From a virus: DNA of 45,637 nucleotides. A program made the translations under genes and the position numbers. Position 1 is the first letter of the stretch, and every line of letters starts with the position of its first letter. Positions 1 through 8,892 of this stretch are shown here, one piece after another. Location: the IMG/VR virus record IMGVR_UViG_3300045988_028519, one strand, 5' to 3'. The notes beneath the pieces were generated by a model. That model worked only from the letters and a program-made list of their open reading frames with translations, searched no databases and was not told the origin of the DNA.

Positions 1-77
1 CCTGATCGTCGCCCTGCAAAAAGCCCTTGTTCACCAACTTCTGCACGGTGTCTTTCGCCCACGCCGGGCATTCGGCA
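1..77. repeat. Terminal overlap, copy 1 (identical to 45561-45637)
   Basis: Direct reading shows cctgatcgtcgccctgcaaaaagcccttgttcaccaacttctgcacggtgtctttcgcccacgccgggcattcggca at both ends. Confidence 0.95.
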
Positions 78-667
78 ACGCTGTTGTATACTTTCTTTGC
101 GCTTTCCGCTTTGCTGATCTCCTGCTTTGCGATTGCGCGGGTCTGTGCTTCCGTCATATCTTCAACCTCTTTCTCTGTCAGCATGGTTTTGAACTTCTCC
201 CACAACTGAGGATTGCGAATCCACGGTTCGGGACAATTTTTCCTCGTCACATCATAGTGACGGCACACGCGCGATACCGGAATATGGTACTTTGCCATCA
301 GCTCACGGGTCAGCTTCGCGGCACGCTTCATGGTAGCTTCCGGGATAACGTACACGCCGTTTCGGATAACGCTGCACATTTCAATTCCAATAGAATTAGC
401 GTTCCGGCAGTCGTTGTAGTAACTGCCGCCGCGTTCCCTGCCGCAATGCCATGCCGTGTCGCTGTCCTTTACGCTCTGCACAACGCCGTTCGGGTCTACA
501 AAGTAGTGCGCACTGGCACGCAGGCCGCTTTCTCTTGCAAAAAAATCTGCATTGTTCTGTGCCGTATCGCCGTTGTTCGCGGTGAAATGCAGAACAATCC
601 AGTGCACAGGAAACTCTCTGCCCTTGCGGTAGTTGCTTGGGTTACAGCCCTTAAAAATGATTTTCAT
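1..667 (-). CDS. Endolysin, N-acetylmuramoyl-L-alanine amidase (Amidase_2/PGRP type), first 222 codons; continues across the circular junction
   Basis: The minus-strand ATG at 667 overlaps the holin stop (ATGA). My translation is MKIIFKGCNPSNYRKGREFPVHWIVLHFTANNGDTAQNNADFFARESGLRASAHYFVDPNG..WHCG..NSIGIEMC.., a T7-lysozyme-like amidase pattern. There is no stop before position 1. This ORF is missing from the supplied track because it runs off the window edge. Confidence 0.85.
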   Translation of the reverse strand, partial: MKIIFKGCNPSNYRKGREFPVHWIVLHFTANNGDTAQNNADFFARESGLRASAHYFVDPNGVVQSVKDSDTAWHCGRERGGSYYNDCRNANSIGIEMCSVIRNGVYVIPEATMKRAAKLTRELMAKYHIPVSRVCRHYDVTRKNCPEPWIRNPQLWEKFKTMLTEKEVEDMTEAQTRAIAKQEISKAESAKKVYNSVAECPAWAKDTVQKLVNKGFLQGDDQ

Positions 668-1122
668 TTTTCCTCATCTCCGATTTTGTCCACTGCATCC
701 TTTGCGGCGGAAAGTGCCTTTTGCAGCCACGCCGGGACAGGCGCACCGAGGGAAACCGCGTTCTCAACGATAGAGCCGAGTTCCGTCAGCGTGTACCAGA
801 CTACTACCAGAGGGCAAAGCAGAACCGTATATTCAAACGGAAGCGTCACGCCCGGCAGATGGTCACAAATCATACCGATAAGCAAATCCGCGCCGCCTGC
901 GACTGCAACCACTACGATGGAACCGACTTTGTGAAAAATGCCGTCCCTTGCCGCCTTACTCGACCATTTTCCTTTCTGCATTGCCGCCGCCGTGCCGGTC
1001 AGATAGTCCGCCGCCATCGCTGCCACAAACAGCACAACCAGCCAGCCGAACCACCCCCAAAGTGCGGTAAGCACCGCAATGCCCGCCGCAACAGCGGCTT
1101 TGAACTCGTTTACATTATTCAT
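664..1122 (-). CDS. Holin (phage_holin_4_1 / TcdE-like family)
   Basis: 152 aa with several hydrophobic helices (AGIAVLTALWGWFGWLVVLFVAAMAADYLTG..). It lies immediately upstream of the amidase and overlaps its start codon. Confidence 0.8.
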   Translation of the reverse strand: MNNVNEFKAAVAAGIAVLTALWGWFGWLVVLFVAAMAADYLTGTAAAMQKGKWSSKAARDGIFHKVGSIVVVAVAGGADLLIGMICDHLPGVTLPFEYTVLLCPLVVVWYTLTELGSIVENAVSLGAPVPAWLQKALSAAKDAVDKIGDEEK

Positions 1123-1165
1123 TTTATTCTCCTTTGCGCTTTTTCTTTCTCTTTGCGCGTATGAG

Positions 1166-1321
1166 TTACGCTGCCGTCCCGCCGAACTCAGCCGGTACCA
1201 GTTCGGGCATACCGCACTCGTCGATCAGGATTCCCGCTACCTGCTTTTTGAGCTTCTTCGGTACCTGCTCGAACTCACACTTACCAAGAATCACACGTTG
1301 AGAAAATAACATAGCCATCAT
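1166..1321 (-). CDS. Small conserved phage protein between fibre and holin (XkdX-like position)
   Basis: Start chosen at the ATG preceded by GGAG plus 8 nt. The product MMAMLFSQRVILGKCEFEQVPKKLKKQVAGIL.. resembles small proteins commonly found before holins in Firmicute phages. Confidence 0.45.
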   Translation of the reverse strand: MMAMLFSQRVILGKCEFEQVPKKLKKQVAGILIDECGMPELVPAEFGGTAA

Positions 1322-1379
1322 TTCTAATTCTCCTTCTGATAATAAAATGTAGATTTTTAAGGCGATTTCCGCCAACAAC

Positions 1380-1757
1380 TTACGCATAAACTATTTGCGC
1401 CATTTCTGCAATACAGTCCTCATAAAAAGACTGCTGATCGGTCAGCGCCGCGACCTGCTGCTTGAGCGTTGCGTTCTGCGCCGCCAGTTCTTCATTTTCT
1501 GCCACGAGGTCAGCTTTACTTTTCTCGTTCGCCTTGGCTTCCCGCAGCAGATTATCATAGTTGGCTTTTACCTCGTCCATCAGACCGGGCGTATCCTCCA
1601 CCTCAGTAATGTACTCATCGTACACCCAACCGGTATGACCGTCCTTGTCCGTCTCCTGCTTGGCATTCAGTGTCAGCCGCACCCACGCCCGTCCGGGCTT
1701 GTTCGGCATACTGCCTGCGGATATTTTCTCCGGCTTGTTGTCGCCGTGTACCTTCAT
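1380..1757 (-). CDS. Hypothetical coiled-coil protein downstream of the tail fibre
   Basis: 125-aa ORF packed tightly after the fibre gene. The C-terminal half is a heptad-like coiled coil (LVAENEELAAQNATLKQQVAALTDQ). Confidence 0.6.
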   Translation of the reverse strand: MKVHGDNKPEKISAGSMPNKPGRAWVRLTLNAKQETDKDGHTGWVYDEYITEVEDTPGLMDEVKANYDNLLREAKANEKSKADLVAENEELAAQNATLKQQVAALTDQQSFYEDCIAEMAQIVYA

Positions 1758-1773
1758 TTAGGTCACCCCTTTC

Positions 1774-4700
1774 TCAGACTTCGCACAGGAGACGCGCGGA
1801 AACGCTCCGGTTAGGACTCGGAGAATCAAAGATAACATTGAAGTACAAAAGACCCGCAACCGCACCAGCGCCCCAATAGCCACCAACATTCAACACGCGC
1901 CAACCAGAGGACGACCACATTTGGTCCGGAATATACGTCGTTTCCGAACCGCCGGTAGTTTTAGGAATGAGCAGACCATTGTCTGTAACGATCAAATCCT
2001 TAATGTAGCCAGATGCAGGCAGTGTACCAATCTTGGTGTAACCGGTCGAGGTATCGTCCGCGTACTTGCTCGGGTCAGTGCAGTAGTAAGCCGTTGTACC
2101 ATTGGCGTTAAAGCCGTCTACCCACTGGCGCACGTTGCCCCAGAGGTTTTCCAGCCATCTATATTGGACAGCGGTCTTACCATCTGTACCGGATGCGCGT
2201 CCCGTGTGATAGGTCATGCAGTCTGTGCCACCAGAACCGATTGCAGAGGGATTATTGTTAGTGTATCCTTGTCCGATCTTAGACTGACAGTTCCAGTTTG
2301 CAAACTCAACAATGTACAGAAAGATAATTGCACAGTAGGTTGCGAAATCATACAGATGATATTTCGAGCCGAGCGACTTAGCTTTGTTGCGCGCCGTTGC
2401 GCAGGTCATGTTTACATACGGGTCGCTGCCGCTCACGCTCTGACCGCTGCTGTTCATATGGTAGCGGCCAACGTATTTCCCACTGCCCGGATGTTTCGCC
2501 ATACCGATTTGCGGTTTGTCGGACACATAGAAATACTGCTTCGTACCGCTACGCTTCTGAGCCACATAAAACACAGGAATAAACACCATGATATTGCTGT
2601 TCATGGTGGTTTTCACCATGCCATTCCACGGTGCATAACTATCAAACGGACTACTGCCCGAACCGGTACCTACCGCCGGTTTCGGTTCAGTTGATACCGA
2701 CTTCGTAACCAGTCCGTATGGATCAGTGCTCGGTGTTAAGCGCGTCAGCGCCGTGCTCGAATTACTCGTATCCCAACAAACACCGAACACGTTAGCGTAA
2801 ATCAGCATCAAGGACGCGTTCTGCCCGTTCTCGGTAACGCTCACCGTGCCCCTTGCAAGCTGATCGTCAAGTGTCGCCTTGATTGCCCAAGTACCGGCCT
2901 CATCTACTGTAAACGCAACCTCACCAGCGTCGCTTGTTGCGGTCAGCACCATATCTCCCAGTGTAGCCGTAACCGTCGAACCACTGTCCACCATAACGGT
3001 AATCGTCGCCCGGAATGCGGTCAGTCTCACGCTCAGTGCCGTGTAGTACGCCTTGGTCGTAACTTTTGCGGTGTACGTCGTACCGGACAGTGCAGCACTC
3101 AGGGTGTAGGTAGTGTTAATGCCGAGCACGCTTACAGTTGCCGTCTTGCTGCTGTCAACCGTGCCGGTGTAGGTTTCGCTGCCGCCGGAGAGTGTCCATG
3201 CCTGCCCGACAAAATCAGCCGCAAAGCGCATCGTGATGCGGCTGCCTCCAGAGGCCGGTGCATCCACCTCACCCACGGTGTTGTCCGCCGTAAAGCCAAC
3301 AAATTTACCTTTTTTGCCCTTGAGTTTGTCCTGCTTTTCCGCAAACAGCGCACTGTGTGCATCCGCCGCAGCATTGTGCGCGGATACCGCGCTCGCCGCT
3401 GTGCCCTTTGGGTCTGCACCAACCTGTGGCGCCGTCACGCCGTGCGGATTGCTCTTGCTTGCAATATGCGTATTCAAACCGGTTTGTGCAGTATCCGCAA
3501 CACTCTTTGCCTCACCCGCCTTTGCGTCCGCATACTGGAACACATCCTGCGCCTTGCCCTTTGGGTCATAAACGCTTGCCAGCATATCGCCCGCACCCTT
3601 GCCGTCCTCGCCCTTTTGGGCAATCAGCAGCCAGTACGCGGTATCGGTCGGCGCATGTCCGGTTGTTGCAGCTGTGCATACATAAGACGAGCCGTTAAAG
3701 CTGACCTTGTTTCCGGGCACATACGCCTTGTCTGCGCTGTACTCCTCCCACACGTTGCGTGCTTTCTCGGCGGTCTGACGGGCGGTTTCCGCAGCGGCGC
3801 GGCTCTTTTCTGCACTCACGCGGGCGGTCTCGTTCGTCTGACGGGTGCTTTCCGCACTTACTCTTGCGGTTTCGGCGCTCACGCGCTTTGTCTCGGCTGT
3901 TGCTCTCGCGGTCTCCGCATCCGCTCTCTTGCCCTCTGCCGTAGCTCTCGCGCTTTCGGCACTCACACGCTTTGTCTCCGCGTCGGTTCTGCCGGTCTCT
4001 GCGTTCTGTCGAGCAGTTTCCGCAGCAGCTCGCTTACTTTCTGCCGTGGCTCTTGCCTGTTCTGCCGATACTCTCGCGGTCTCCGCGTCCGCGCGTGCCT
4101 TTTCGGCATTTGCTCTTGCCGTCTCTGCACCCACGCGGCTCTGTTCTGCGGTCTGACGGGTGCTTTCCGTGCTTTCTCTCTGCTGTTCCGCACTCGCGCG
4201 TGCCTTCTCCGCAGATTTTCTTGCGTTCTCGCCGCTTTCGCGCACGGTCTCCGCAGAGGCGCGGCCTGTCTCGGCGCTCTTTCGCGCGGCCTCATTGGCG
4301 ATACGCGTATCCTCGGCGCTCACGCGGTCTGCCTCGGCATCCGCTCTGCCGGTCTCGGCAGAAATACGCGCCGCTTCATTCTGTGCACGGACGCTCTCTG
4401 CGTTCGCCCTCTGGCTTTCTGCCGTCACGCGGGCAGATTCGGCGTTCACTCTGCCGGTCTCAGCAGAAACGCGGCTCTTTTCCGCGGTGTCGCGCTTGTT
4501 CTCCGCATTGGCGCGGGCGGTCTCTGCATCCGCACGAAGGTTCTCTGCCAGTACGCGTGCCGCCTCTGCCGCCGCTCTTGCGGTCTCCGCGTCCGCACGG
4601 TCATTTTCTGCCTGCACTCTCAGGTTTTCCGCTGCCACTCGTGCGGCTTCTGCCTGAACGCGCAGCGCTTCCGCGCTCGCCCAGTCCTGTGCTTCATTCT

Positions 4701-4875
4701 CTACGAGAACCATGTGGTCAATCACTGCGTTTACTGCATTTGCTACGCATTCCCGCACAAGGCGGTCAAACTTCGCCTTGTTTTCCTGTGCGTTGCCGGT
4801 CAGCGTGTCCGGCAGACTGACGCAGCCGTATTTTGCAATATCCTCTGCTGTGATCTTGTAATCGGAAATAGCCAA
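1774..4875 (-). CDS. Tail fibre / receptor-binding protein: 44 heptad repeats, a CBM5/12-like motif, and a C-type-lectin/FGE-like C-terminal domain
   Basis: 1033 aa. Fibre hallmarks are present: MLASVYDPKGKAQDVFQYAD and SNPHGVTAPQVGA. The CBM-like motif is YVPGNKVSFNGSSYVCTAATTGHAPTDTAYW. Near the C-terminus are YRWLENLWGNVRQWVDG and GGYWGAGAVAG..SPSPNRSVSARLL. Confidence 0.8.
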   Translation of the reverse strand: MAISDYKITAEDIAKYGCVSLPDTLTGNAQENKAKFDRLVRECVANAVNAVIDHMVLVENEAQDWASAEALRVQAEAARVAAENLRVQAENDRADAETARAAAEAARVLAENLRADAETARANAENKRDTAEKSRVSAETGRVNAESARVTAESQRANAESVRAQNEAARISAETGRADAEADRVSAEDTRIANEAARKSAETGRASAETVRESGENARKSAEKARASAEQQRESTESTRQTAEQSRVGAETARANAEKARADAETARVSAEQARATAESKRAAAETARQNAETGRTDAETKRVSAESARATAEGKRADAETARATAETKRVSAETARVSAESTRQTNETARVSAEKSRAAAETARQTAEKARNVWEEYSADKAYVPGNKVSFNGSSYVCTAATTGHAPTDTAYWLLIAQKGEDGKGAGDMLASVYDPKGKAQDVFQYADAKAGEAKSVADTAQTGLNTHIASKSNPHGVTAPQVGADPKGTAASAVSAHNAAADAHSALFAEKQDKLKGKKGKFVGFTADNTVGEVDAPASGGSRITMRFAADFVGQAWTLSGGSETYTGTVDSSKTATVSVLGINTTYTLSAALSGTTYTAKVTTKAYYTALSVRLTAFRATITVMVDSGSTVTATLGDMVLTATSDAGEVAFTVDEAGTWAIKATLDDQLARGTVSVTENGQNASLMLIYANVFGVCWDTSNSSTALTRLTPSTDPYGLVTKSVSTEPKPAVGTGSGSSPFDSYAPWNGMVKTTMNSNIMVFIPVFYVAQKRSGTKQYFYVSDKPQIGMAKHPGSGKYVGRYHMNSSGQSVSGSDPYVNMTCATARNKAKSLGSKYHLYDFATYCAIIFLYIVEFANWNCQSKIGQGYTNNNPSAIGSGGTDCMTYHTGRASGTDGKTAVQYRWLENLWGNVRQWVDGFNANGTTAYYCTDPSKYADDTSTGYTKIGTLPASGYIKDLIVTDNGLLIPKTTGGSETTYIPDQMWSSSGWRVLNVGGYWGAGAVAGLLYFNVIFDSPSPNRSVSARLLCEV
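3751..4674 (-). repeat. 44 uninterrupted 21-nt (heptad) repeats encoding AExxRxx inside the fibre gene
   Basis: I counted the repeats in the translation from AEALRVQ (aa 68) to AEKARNV (aa 375). Confidence 0.9.
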
Positions 4876-4879
4876 TGTA

Positions 4880-6766
4880 TCACCTCACACTTGTTCCGAT
4901 GGTGTAACGCTTGATGATACCAAAAATACCAAACGCCTCATTGAGCGTATCGTTTTTGATAATCAGCTGCATTGTTTTGTACTTCTTTACCTTGCTGTTG
5001 AACGGCACAACCTGCGGTGCATCATTGGAGAAGAACGTAAACCGGGTAAAGTCGATATCCTCCCAGCTGAAAATGTCGATCAGCTGTTCCCGAATCTGCC
5101 GTCCGAAATCACGTTCTGTCCGGGCGAACACCTTTACCGAGGAACGCGCATACGGCTTCATCATAACGCCGCTGCCGCGCTTTACCATGGTCTTGTACGT
5201 CATAAAATCGCCATCATCGTCCGCCTTGGTGTGCCACTCTGCCGAGATTGCCGTACCGCCGGTAATTCTGCCATCCTCACCGAGCGTGCCGCCGTCTGAA
5301 TACGCCTGCATGGTGTCAATATCCGTATTCAGCTTGCAGATACGTCCGTCCGATGTGCCGAAATACAGGTTTCCCCTGCTTTCCATCATGCGTACCGCCG
5401 GGAAGTTGTCCCAGTAGTAGCACTCGTAAACGTAATCGCCGTAGGACTGTGGCTTGTACGCTACGTTCTGGTTTGTGTCCATAACATAGCAGTGTCCGTT
5501 TACCGCCAGCACATAATAGCCGTTCCACACAACAGCGCAGGCGTTTTCCAGATGATCTTCCTTGGTCAGTGCCGCGTCTACATAGTAGGAACGGTTTCTT
5601 GCCACCTGCAAGGCAGTGATATTGCTGCTTGTTAGCGCAAACACACCGGTTCGGCTGAGGAATACCGGTTCTTCCGGCAGATACGCAAATGCGTGCTTTG
5701 CCACTGCACCGGCACCGGCGGTCGCTCTGCGTACCGGAAACTGAACTGCGCTTGTGTTGTCGTTAATGCTGTAGCCTCTGAAATAGATGGTGGTCTCGCT
5801 GCGGTCATCCGACTTGACGATTGCCTGACTGTCCGAGATTGCCGTATAGCCGACGATTGCCGCGCCGTCCGCGCCCACCTTGGTATAGGAAAGATCGGAA
5901 AAGTACAGCGGATTGTTGCTCTCACACCGCCAGTCCTTGTCCTGCTCGTCCGGGTTGCCCGCAAGGAACACCCTGTCCTGTGACTTGCCGCCGTAGATTG
6001 CGGCAATGGTACACTTGGTGATCTTCTCCTTGTAGCCCTCCACCGGCTTCACAAACGTAATGACCACGTTGTCCTTGCCGGTGATAGCCGGTTTCGGTGG
6101 TGCGCTCGTGAACTTCACCTGTCCCTTGGTCTTGTCCAGCGTGTACTTGCTGCTCTCCCACACCTTGTCATCTACCTTAACCTCTGCAATGCTTTCAATG
6201 TCGGTGGTGTCCAGCTGATACGTCGTTGCCGAACCGTCCGCGCAGAACTCGTTCTTGCGTTTGTTTGACAGCAAATTCACGTCTTCGAAGCTGGTTCCGC
6301 CTCCCGTCGGCTTGTTAGCAATGGTAGTAGTCGGAACGTAAGCATCCACTGTTGCATCCTTGGCGGTCTCGCCGTCGAACACAAGGTACTCGCCGCCCGT
6401 CAGCACATACATTTTGTCGTTCAGCGTAAACGACGTGCCCTGCTTGTTAGTAAGTCCGCTTTTCAGCTCTGTCAAGGTGTTCTCCGTCCACTTGTACAGC
6501 CGTGTGCCGCCATGCACAAGAAAGTATTCCTTGCCCTTGATAATGCCGCGATACAGACCGTTTACCGGCTTTTCGACATTCAGCAGTACGCGCCATCCCT
6601 TGCGCTTTTCGGGAAAGCCGCCGCTGTCCGAAATCAGGTTTACCGTGCCGGAAGCGCCGCGCGTTGAGTCAACCTGTGTAGGGTTGCTCGACAAATCCAC
6701 GCCCTTGAACTTGGAATACTCGGTCTTGTACTTTTTCGGGGAATCGGGAATCTTGTATGTTGCCAT
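4880..6766 (-). CDS. Large tail structural protein (nozzle / tail-tubular-B-like by size and position)
   Basis: 628-aa ORF between the adaptor-like gene and the fibre gene. The function is inferred from gene order only. Confidence 0.55.
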   Translation of the reverse strand: MATYKIPDSPKKYKTEYSKFKGVDLSSNPTQVDSTRGASGTVNLISDSGGFPEKRKGWRVLLNVEKPVNGLYRGIIKGKEYFLVHGGTRLYKWTENTLTELKSGLTNKQGTSFTLNDKMYVLTGGEYLVFDGETAKDATVDAYVPTTTIANKPTGGGTSFEDVNLLSNKRKNEFCADGSATTYQLDTTDIESIAEVKVDDKVWESSKYTLDKTKGQVKFTSAPPKPAITGKDNVVITFVKPVEGYKEKITKCTIAAIYGGKSQDRVFLAGNPDEQDKDWRCESNNPLYFSDLSYTKVGADGAAIVGYTAISDSQAIVKSDDRSETTIYFRGYSINDNTSAVQFPVRRATAGAGAVAKHAFAYLPEEPVFLSRTGVFALTSSNITALQVARNRSYYVDAALTKEDHLENACAVVWNGYYVLAVNGHCYVMDTNQNVAYKPQSYGDYVYECYYWDNFPAVRMMESRGNLYFGTSDGRICKLNTDIDTMQAYSDGGTLGEDGRITGGTAISAEWHTKADDDGDFMTYKTMVKRGSGVMMKPYARSSVKVFARTERDFGRQIREQLIDIFSWEDIDFTRFTFFSNDAPQVVPFNSKVKKYKTMQLIIKNDTLNEAFGIFGIIKRYTIGTSVR

Positions 6767-7387
6767 TTACACCCACCCCGTAACCGAGCGCCACGCGCCG
6801 CCGCTCGAGGTCTGCTGACGGCGGGAAGCCAGCATGGATTTTACGTTCTCGTATTCGTTCAGATACTGCGTCGCCATGGAAATATCATCTTCCTTGAACA
6901 CCTCCGCCGCGATATACAGCGGAATTGCCCGCTGCGCTTCCTCCGGCAGAGAAAACGTCGTGTCGCCCGGCGTGCTCTCGTCGATGTTCTCCGGGTATGC
7001 CTCGTACCAGATCACAAGCGTACCGACGTACTCCGCCGGAACAAACAGCGTGTCCATGCCGTCAAACTGATAGTCGTTCACGCGCATAAACGTGTTGTTC
7101 TCGCCCATGATCGTCAGTCTGTCCGGACAGAACCGCATGAAATCCGGTGCAAGCTCCTTGATATGAAACAGCCGATAGCCTTCTGCATCATCGTCCGGCA
7201 GCTCCACCTCAACGGATTTGTAGATCGGCATGACCTCGGCAAGGTCTACCATTGCAAACCATGCCGCGTGCGGCATTGCCCGCACATAATCCGCCACATC
7301 AGGTGAAGTCAGCGAAACCTCAGTGCCGTAGTTCAGGCGTGAGAAAATCTTGTCCAGCGCTGCTTTCTGGATTTGCTCCCATGTCAT
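6767..7387 (-). CDS. Head-tail adaptor / tail-tubular-A-like protein
   Basis: 206-aa ORF directly after the capsid gene and abutting the next gene (6766/6767). Positional inference. Confidence 0.5.
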   Translation of the reverse strand: MTWEQIQKAALDKIFSRLNYGTEVSLTSPDVADYVRAMPHAAWFAMVDLAEVMPIYKSVEVELPDDDAEGYRLFHIKELAPDFMRFCPDRLTIMGENNTFMRVNDYQFDGMDTLFVPAEYVGTLVIWYEAYPENIDESTPGDTTFSLPEEAQRAIPLYIAAEVFKEDDISMATQYLNEYENVKSMLASRRQQTSSGGAWRSVTGWV

Positions 7388-7441
7388 AAGCTAACACTCC
7401 TTTCAAAAAGGAAAAGGCGGGGTTTCCCCCGCCGCTTGTCC

Positions 7442-8455
7442 TTACAGCTCGGAAGCGTTTGCGAGAGAATCGCCCACAATGGAGATTGCACGCCAGTCGT
7501 TGAAGCCTGCACCAAAACGCGCACGGCCGGACCAGTAGTTCGCATCGGTGTTCTCGTCCACAGAGGAACGAACCGTAAGCGAAACGCGGTCAAGCCACGG
7601 CATACACATTGCATCCTTGTTGTAGTCGCTGTCGAGCAGCATGAAATACTCCTTGCCGCCGATGGTCTTCGGCAGATAGTTCCATACCAGTACGTTCCAC
7701 AGGCCAATCTGGAAGTTGAACGCATTGTTGTTGGTGTTCGGGTCAAGCTCAGAGCCGATCGCCGCGAACAGTGCACGCTTGAGCTTGCCGGAATTCGGGA
7801 TGATGATGGTGTCCGGCTTGATGTTCAGCAGGTTGCCGTCATCGTCGCGGATGTCCTGCATCTGCTCCTGTGCCGCATCCAGAATTTCGGTATACTTGTC
7901 CGTACCGGCGGTGTACTTAAAGCGGTTGGACTGGTTCTTGTAGCCCTTGGTCGCCGAGCCGTGTGCGGTGGAGAACAGAGAAACGCCGTCCGCCGAGGTG
8001 GTATCGTACTTCTTGCCGCCAAAGGTGATAGAAGTGCCGATGCCGCCCGCGATCATGTCTGCCGCGTACTTCTCTCGGGTACGGTTGTACGAAGCGCCGA
8101 ACTTGCGTGCACGAGATTCAGCCAGATTGAACTTGCTGTCCTCGATGAGTTCGCGGGTGACTTCAAAGCGGCTCTTCCAGGTGGTCGGCTCGATGATCTT
8201 GGAGTAGCCCTCCTGTACAGAGGTCAGCGGATACGCGCCGTTCTCGCCAACGTCCTGAAAATCACCCAGCGCGGTAGCCGAGGTGTACTTCTCTGCGTAG
8301 TTGGTGGTGGTATCCATATAGAATACCTTGTCGATCATGCTCTGCTCCTGAAAGCTCTCTACACGATCTGCAATGATCGCCTTGATGGGTGCCTGCGACT
8401 TGCCGAAGAAGGAATCGGCAACGCCGGAAGCCTCAGAAAAAGTAATGCCTGCCAT
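7442..8455 (-). CDS. Major capsid protein (HK97-fold type)
   Basis: 337 aa, located after the scaffold and a small accessory gene. Size and sequence character are typical of major capsid proteins. A long antisense ORF on the plus strand is a GC-composition artefact. Confidence 0.75.
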   Translation of the reverse strand: MAGITFSEASGVADSFFGKSQAPIKAIIADRVESFQEQSMIDKVFYMDTTTNYAEKYTSATALGDFQDVGENGAYPLTSVQEGYSKIIEPTTWKSRFEVTRELIEDSKFNLAESRARKFGASYNRTREKYAADMIAGGIGTSITFGGKKYDTTSADGVSLFSTAHGSATKGYKNQSNRFKYTAGTDKYTEILDAAQEQMQDIRDDDGNLLNIKPDTIIIPNSGKLKRALFAAIGSELDPNTNNNAFNFQIGLWNVLVWNYLPKTIGGKEYFMLLDSDYNKDAMCMPWLDRVSLTVRSSVDENTDANYWSGRARFGAGFNDWRAISIVGDSLANASEL

Positions 8456-8479
8456 AAATTATCTTGTCTCCTCTCTTTT

Positions 8480-8878
8480 TTAGGCGGCAACCGCTGCCGG
8501 ATCAACGAACACGCCGGTAACGGTCGAGTTGGTGGTAGCGCCGTCGGTGGTAAGCACCTTGAACACACCCTTGGTGGTGGTCGCGGTAACGGTCAGCGCA
8601 TCAGCTGCCAGAGTGACAGCCGAGCCGACGACGGTCTGTGCAACGGTTGCGGTCGAGGTAGTCTCAAATACGATGTTGTCGTTTACCTCGATAGCCGGGT
8701 AATTGCCGTCCTCGCGCTTGGGACCCATGATAATGTGAGTCGGCTTGACGGAAGCGGTGCCCTTTGCCAGAGCGCCGGAAGTCAGAGTAGCCGCCATGCC
8801 GAGGGTCAGGCCGTCCGCGCCGGGAAGGTAAACGAACGGGGACACATCAGCCACACGGCGATATGCGATCTTAAACAT
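8480..8878 (-). CDS. Small beta-rich capsid accessory (decoration-like) protein
   Basis: 132 aa, T/V/A-rich, between the scaffold and major capsid genes. Confidence 0.45.
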   Translation of the reverse strand: MFKIAYRRVADVSPFVYLPGADGLTLGMAATLTSGALAKGTASVKPTHIIMGPKREDGNYPAIEVNDNIVFETTSTATVAQTVVGSAVTLAADALTVTATTTKGVFKVLTTDGATTNSTVTGVFVDPAAVAA

Positions 8879-8892
8879 GAAAAAATCTCCTT

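Noticed and set aside
1-77. The 77-bp end repeat as a biological direct terminal repeat or cos region
   Set aside because: The length equals a common assembler k-mer and the repeat lies inside a continuous gene. It is most simply a circularisation overlap.
1774-4875. A complete diversity-generating retroelement acting on the fibre
   Set aside because: No reverse-transcriptase-like ORF exists in any frame of the window, and I could not find a template-repeat copy of the 3' end. Only the orphan VR-like observation is kept as a finding.
3233-4914. Long plus-strand ORFs (for example 3355-4914 at 519 aa, and 3972-4820, 4160-4657, 3845-4156) opposite the tail fibre gene
   Set aside because: They lie antisense to the 21-nt heptad repeats and the GC-rich fibre gene. 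They encode low-complexity R/S/C/L strings, have no RBS, and overlap one another in several frames.
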